Part shown: positions 37,746-41,360 of the stretch, piece by piece | How the letters are laid out: every line of letters begins with the position of its first letter | Numbering within the stretch: position 1 is the stretch's first letter | Assembly (NCBI GenBank): GCA_046734235.1 | Contig: JBKPQV010000637.1 | Location: forward strand, 1 to 41,360 | Direction: 5' to 3' | DNA: 41,360 nucleotides | From: Acidobacteriota bacterium | GTDB lineage: Bacteria > Acidobacteriota > Blastocatellia > Pyrinomonadales > Pyrinomonadaceae | Notes under the pieces: model-generated | What the model was told of the DNA's origin: nothing | The model's input: only the letters and a program-made list of their open reading frames with translations | The model's database searches: none | Program-made: the position numbers and the translations under genes

Positions 37746-39089
37746 ATGACGCAAACGACGATTCTGTCACGCGCAGAAATTGAGAGCATGGGACCACCAA
37801 CCCCTGAGGAGTTGGGTGAAACTGGTATCGCGGAGGGTTTTCTCTGCGATTTGGCCCTGAAACACGTGGCCATGCTGCCAGAGCCAACCACTACAGCGGT
37901 TGCCGAACGTCTGCAGCTTCCGCGCACTTTAACCGAGGAGATACTCCAAAAGTTATACAGGGAGAAGTTAATTGAAGTTCGCGTGCAATCGGCCGTCGGT
38001 TCCACACGTTATGCGATGTTGGACCACGGGTGGGACCGTCTCAGTCGCTTGCTGGGAATTAGCGGTTATGTTGGGCCAGCGCCGGTTTCGCTAAACGACT
38101 ACGCACACATGATGAGGCTGCAATCAATACCATCCGATCCAGCCTCGATAGATACTGTGCGGGCGGCATTTCATGATCTGGTTTTGCCTGACTCATTGCT
38201 GCAGACGCTTGGTTGCGTAATTAATTCGCGCCGATCTCTATTTCTTACGGGTTTGCCGGGCACCGGAAAGACAGCGGTAGCTGAACGAATCAACGGAGCG
38301 TTGGCTGGTGCTATTTGGATCCCCTACGCGATCGAAATCGACGGTCAAATTATCCGAGTCTTTGATTCCCATTGTCACCGTCACGCACATGAAGATTACA
38401 TTCCGGCTGAGTTTGATCGGCGATGGGTGTTGATCGAACGTCCACTGGTGGTTGTCGGTGGTGAGTTGACTCTGGAGAACGCTGATTTGACTTGGAGTGA
38501 TGCGAAATTCTACGAGGCACCATTCCAGATGAAATCAAACGGAGGCACGCTCGTGATCGACGACTTTGGTCGCCAGCGAGTAGCTCCACAAGATCTATTG
38601 AATCGTTGGATCGTTCCCCTCGAGCGCCGAGTTGATTATCTCGCCCTTCACACGGGAAAGAAGATTGAGGTTCCCTTTGAGCAGTTGGTCGTGTTTTCAA
38701 CAAACCTCGACGAAAAGGACTTGGCGGACCAGGCTTTTCTACGCCGCATGGGTTATCGAGCGCGAGTCGAACCGCCAACACCCGGTGCATACTCGGAGAT
38801 TTTCAGGCGTCAGGCGAACAATCGCGGGTTCGTATGTGAGCAACCAGTGCTCGATCACATTCTGACTAAGTACCGAGTTGAACGCAGACAGATGAAAGGT
38901 TGCGAGCCTCGCGACCTGTTGGATCGTGCTACTGACATTTGTTTATTTGAGTCCCAGCGCCTCGAGTTGACAACTCAAATCGTGGATATCGCGTGGCGAA
39001 ACTACTTTGGCACTTCGCACTCCTTTGCGCCTGTACAAACTGCTGAAACCATGATTGAGCGGACTCTTTCAGATCCACTCGAGTTGTAG
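37746..39089 (+). CDS. AAA+ ATPase (MoxR/AAA_5-like core) with a helix-turn-helix-like N-terminal region
   Basis: It has Walker A LFLTGLPGTGKTAVAE and Walker B GGTLVIDDFGRQ, then DLLNRWIVPLERRVDYLALHTGKKIEVPFEQLVVFSTNLDEKDLADQAFLRRMGYR, which resembles MoxR-type sensor regions. An N-terminal segment TAVAERLQLPRTLTEEILQKLYREKLIEV looks like a winged helix. It starts 19 nt after tadD with an AAGGGA RBS. Confidence 0.6.
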   Translation: MTQTTILSRAEIESMGPPTPEELGETGIAEGFLCDLALKHVAMLPEPTTTAVAERLQLPRTLTEEILQKLYREKLIEVRVQSAVGSTRYAMLDHGWDRLSRLLGISGYVGPAPVSLNDYAHMMRLQSIPSDPASIDTVRAAFHDLVLPDSLLQTLGCVINSRRSLFLTGLPGTGKTAVAERINGALAGAIWIPYAIEIDGQIIRVFDSHCHRHAHEDYIPAEFDRRWVLIERPLVVVGGELTLENADLTWSDAKFYEAPFQMKSNGGTLVIDDFGRQRVAPQDLLNRWIVPLERRVDYLALHTGKKIEVPFEQLVVFSTNLDEKDLADQAFLRRMGYRARVEPPTPGAYSEIFRRQANNRGFVCEQPVLDHILTKYRVERRQMKGCEPRDLLDRATDICLFESQRLELTTQIVDIAWRNYFGTSHSFAPVQTAETMIERTLSDPLEL

Positions 39090-39126
39090 TGGCAAGTCAG
39101 CAAATCCTTGAGAGTTGTTCCCGAAA

Positions 39127-40152
39127 ATGAATCGAATCCCGAAGACAATCAATGCGTTCTTAATGTGCGCGATAGTTGCTGCCGGTGCACATCAAGTTCT
39201 ATCGCAAACAACCACGGCCAAGCAGACTGATGCTCAATTAGAGAAGGCAGAGCCGGTGAGGCTAAAACTCAATGACGGATCCTTTATGGTCGTTGACGAG
39301 GCCTGGGAATCACCTCAGGGAATTTGGTACCGGCAAGGCAGTATGAGTCACCTGGCCACGAAGGATCGAGTGAAATCCATTCAACGCGGCGAGCCGGCAC
39401 CACCTAAGGAGACAAAAAAGAACTCCGCGAACTCGAATAGCGACGGGCCTTTGTATATGCGTCCCGTCGAGAAACCGGCTGTTCCAGTAGTAGCAGAACA
39501 GAACGGCGTTTTTGATAAGCCGGTTTGGATTTATCTAAAAGGGGGCGCGCGCGTGGAAGCCGACAGCGCGACACAATCGTCAGCGGGAGTTTGGTACAAG
39601 CGTGGTCCAATGTCGATTTTCATCGAAAGTATTCGGGTCGATCGGGTTGAAGCGGAGGACATGGAGAAGATTGCGTCAGCGGACACTAAGAAAGAGCGTG
39701 GCTGGGGTACCGGAAATGCAAGGCTCGATTCTTTGATCAAGCAGAACGGAATCCGTCATAGTGTTGATCCTTATCTCATCTTTTTAGTGATGGAGCAGGA
39801 GTCGCATTTTAATGCTCATGCTGTCTCACCAAAGGGGGCGCAAGGGTTGATGCAATTGATGCCAGGAACAGGCGCTCGGTTTGGTGTCAGGCGACCGTTC
39901 GACCCGGCGCAAAACATTTCTGGCGGCACTCGTTATCTCCGTGAACTGCTGAATCGCTTCAATAACCGTGTCGATTTGGTTTTGGCGAGCTATAACGCGG
40001 GTGAGGGCGCTGTAATCAAGTTTGGCCACAAGGTTCCGCCTTATCAGGAAACACGGAATTATGTAAAGCAAATTAGTTATCGCTACCGGAAAGTTGCTCC
40101 CAAAACGAAACCAACACGTGTCGACAAGAGCGCTTCGTCAGGAGAGAGATGA
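39127..40152 (+). CDS. Lytic transglycosylase (SLT domain) with a duplicated N-terminal beta-rich module
   Basis: The SLT catalytic region is LIFLVMEQESHFNAHAVSPKGAQGLMQLMPGTGARFG...YLRELLNRFNNRVDLVLASYNAGEGAV. A signal peptide is present. I chose the ATG at 39127; the listed start at 39115 is TTG. Confidence 0.8.
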   Translation: MNRIPKTINAFLMCAIVAAGAHQVLSQTTTAKQTDAQLEKAEPVRLKLNDGSFMVVDEAWESPQGIWYRQGSMSHLATKDRVKSIQRGEPAPPKETKKNSANSNSDGPLYMRPVEKPAVPVVAEQNGVFDKPVWIYLKGGARVEADSATQSSAGVWYKRGPMSIFIESIRVDRVEAEDMEKIASADTKKERGWGTGNARLDSLIKQNGIRHSVDPYLIFLVMEQESHFNAHAVSPKGAQGLMQLMPGTGARFGVRRPFDPAQNISGGTRYLRELLNRFNNRVDLVLASYNAGEGAVIKFGHKVPPYQETRNYVKQISYRYRKVAPKTKPTRVDKSASSGER

Positions 40153-40949
40153 GCGGTGTTTGCTATATGAAGGGCCTAAATTACATTCTTAAAAGTTTGG
40201 GACGGTCGTTAGTATTAGCGACCGTTTCCTGTTTTCTGGTTGTAGTAGTCTCAGGACAACAGGGTGCGGAGGCCCCGTTGACAAATGCCGCAGTAGTTAA
40301 GCTTGTCAAAGCTGGCTTTAAAGAAAAGACAATCATTTCCATCATTCAAAGCCGGCCCAACCGATTCAATCTCGAAACAGACCAACTAGTGCAACTCAAA
40401 CGCAATGGCGTAAGTGAAAACGTCATTTTGGCTATGTTGTCGTTCGTAGGGGTCCCGCCATCTGATGAGGCTTGGGCGTCTGATGAGGATTTTTTCCGTG
40501 AAAGAGGTTCCAGATCTTCAGAAGGAGTTGCAAAGGAGCCGCAAGGTACAGGTGGCGGTGTCGACATTTTTGGGTCGAGTGGTGGTTCGAGTTCGCGAAA
40601 CAAAACGCGCAGTGAAAGTGGCGGAAGCGAAAACGAAGGAACGGTTACCGGATCGGCCACTGTAAGGATCATACGCCCACCTAGTGAAGCCGGCGCTACT
40701 GGCCCGGCCAAATTAGAAAAAACTCCCACACTGAATAACGAGTCAATAGTACGACTCGTTGAAGCAGGTTTCTCTGAGGGTACGATTATCAAGCGCATCG
40801 AAGAATCACCAGTAGACTTCGATTTGTCGCCAGCAAAAGTTGACGAACTGCATAAGCGGCGCGTAACTGATCCGATCATCGCAGCGATGTCAGCAGCGAT
40901 GGGTGATGAGACGCCCAAGACCAATCCGAAACAGCCAGAAGGGAACTAG
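40149..40949 (+). CDS. Membrane-anchored/secreted protein with two copies of a roughly 55-aa helical repeat separated by a Gly/Ser-rich linker
   Basis: It has an ATGA overlap with the SLT gene. The repeats are PLTNAAVVKLVKAGFKEKTIISIIQSRPNRFNLETDQLVQLKRNGVSENVILAML and PTLNNESIVRLVEAGFSEGTIIKRIEESPVDFDLSPAKVDELHKRRVTDPIIAAM. Confidence 0.6.
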   Translation: MSGVCYMKGLNYILKSLGRSLVLATVSCFLVVVVSGQQGAEAPLTNAAVVKLVKAGFKEKTIISIIQSRPNRFNLETDQLVQLKRNGVSENVILAMLSFVGVPPSDEAWASDEDFFRERGSRSSEGVAKEPQGTGGGVDIFGSSGGSSSRNKTRSESGGSENEGTVTGSATVRIIRPPSEAGATGPAKLEKTPTLNNESIVRLVEAGFSEGTIIKRIEESPVDFDLSPAKVDELHKRRVTDPIIAAMSAAMGDETPKTNPKQPEGN

Positions 40950-40955
40950 GACCAA

Positions 40956-41360
40956 ATGCCTGGCTGGATGGGTCTCGGACTACGCTTTGTTGTTGTCTTA
41001 CTACTGGTCGTATTCACGTCTTCAATAAGCTTATCCCAGACCCCGAAACCATCCCCACAGCCCACCGCTACACCCACCGAACCTGAGATCGATCCCGACG
41101 ATGTCATCTCCGTTAACACCAGTGAGGTGTTACTACCCGTTACTGTGCGTGACAAAGACGGCAAACTCGTTGACGGCCTGACCAAAGACGACTTTCGAAT
41201 ATTCGAGGACGGTTCACAGCAAGCGCTCAGCGATATGAGTTTGCGTCAAGTTCCGGTTGATGTGGTGTTGATGGTTGATGCTTCTTCGTCCGCGGTAGAA
41301 AACCTTGACGACTTTAGCCGGGCTGCCGAAGGATTTGCTTCTCATCTTTCACCCGACGAC
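40956..41360 (+). CDS. VWA-domain protein, 5' partial (runs off the window); VWFA-related acidobacterial-domain-like N-terminus
   Basis: This open frame is absent from the ORF track because it has no stop. The sequence is MPGWMGLGLRFVVVLLLVVFTSS... then DVISVNTSEVLLPVTVRDKDGKLVDGLTKDDFRIFEDGSQQ...VDVVLMVDASSS, where the final segment is the start of the VWA MIDAS motif (DxSxS). Confidence 0.7.
   Translation, partial: MPGWMGLGLRFVVVLLLVVFTSSISLSQTPKPSPQPTATPTEPEIDPDDVISVNTSEVLLPVTVRDKDGKLVDGLTKDDFRIFEDGSQQALSDMSLRQVPVDVVLMVDASSSAVENLDDFSRAAEGFASHLSPDD

Noticed and set aside
1-41360. Search for tRNA, rRNA, tmRNA, SRP RNA, RNase P RNA, transposase, integrase, toxin-antitoxin or defence-system genes
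   Set aside because: I found no T-loop GGTTCGAATCC-type motifs, no conserved SRP or tmRNA motifs, and no nuclease, recombinase or phage-like proteins by eye. A covariance-model scan would be needed to be definitive for the RNAs.

Overview
This 41.4-kb window is about 50% GC and densely coding, with no rRNA, tRNA, CRISPR array, transposase or integrase that I could recognise. It is probably from an Acidobacteriota-type genome, because the last partial gene starts like the VWFA-related acidobacterial domain; that call is from memory, not a search. Left to right, the window holds six blocks. (1) zapB-like/zapA division genes, a 490-nt untranslated gap with unusual repeat and RNA-like structure, then ymdB. 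(2) A TPR lipoprotein, a YbgC-type thioesterase and a secreted HExxH protein. (3) An Atu/Liu-like acyl-CoA module: a carboxyltransferase beta subunit and a split AtuA, with a 309-bp palindromic MITE-like insertion just upstream of atuA. (4) A minus-strand operon (10508-18327) of four large polytopic membrane proteins plus an ICMT-like methyltransferase. Three of the four are paralogs with a GT-C-like DE motif in their first loop. (5) Two crotonase-family genes, a split B12-dependent acyl-CoA mutase and an FtsB/DivIC-like gene. (6) After an 830-nt non-coding gap, a sigma-54 enhancer-binding protein and a miniature M50 site-2-protease-like protein. These precede a complete single-strand Tad/Flp pilus operon: two unlisted flp pilin genes, then cpaA, cpaB, cpaC, tadG, tadE x2, tadZ, tadA, tadB, tadC, tadD. 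Four more tightly packed genes extend that operon: a MoxR-like AAA+ ATPase, a lytic transglycosylase, an internally duplicated protein and a VWA protein. The best candidates for something undescribed are the GT-C-like paralog operon and the AAA+/SLT/VWA extension of the Tad locus. Both calls rest on motif recognition and gene order only, since no search could be run.
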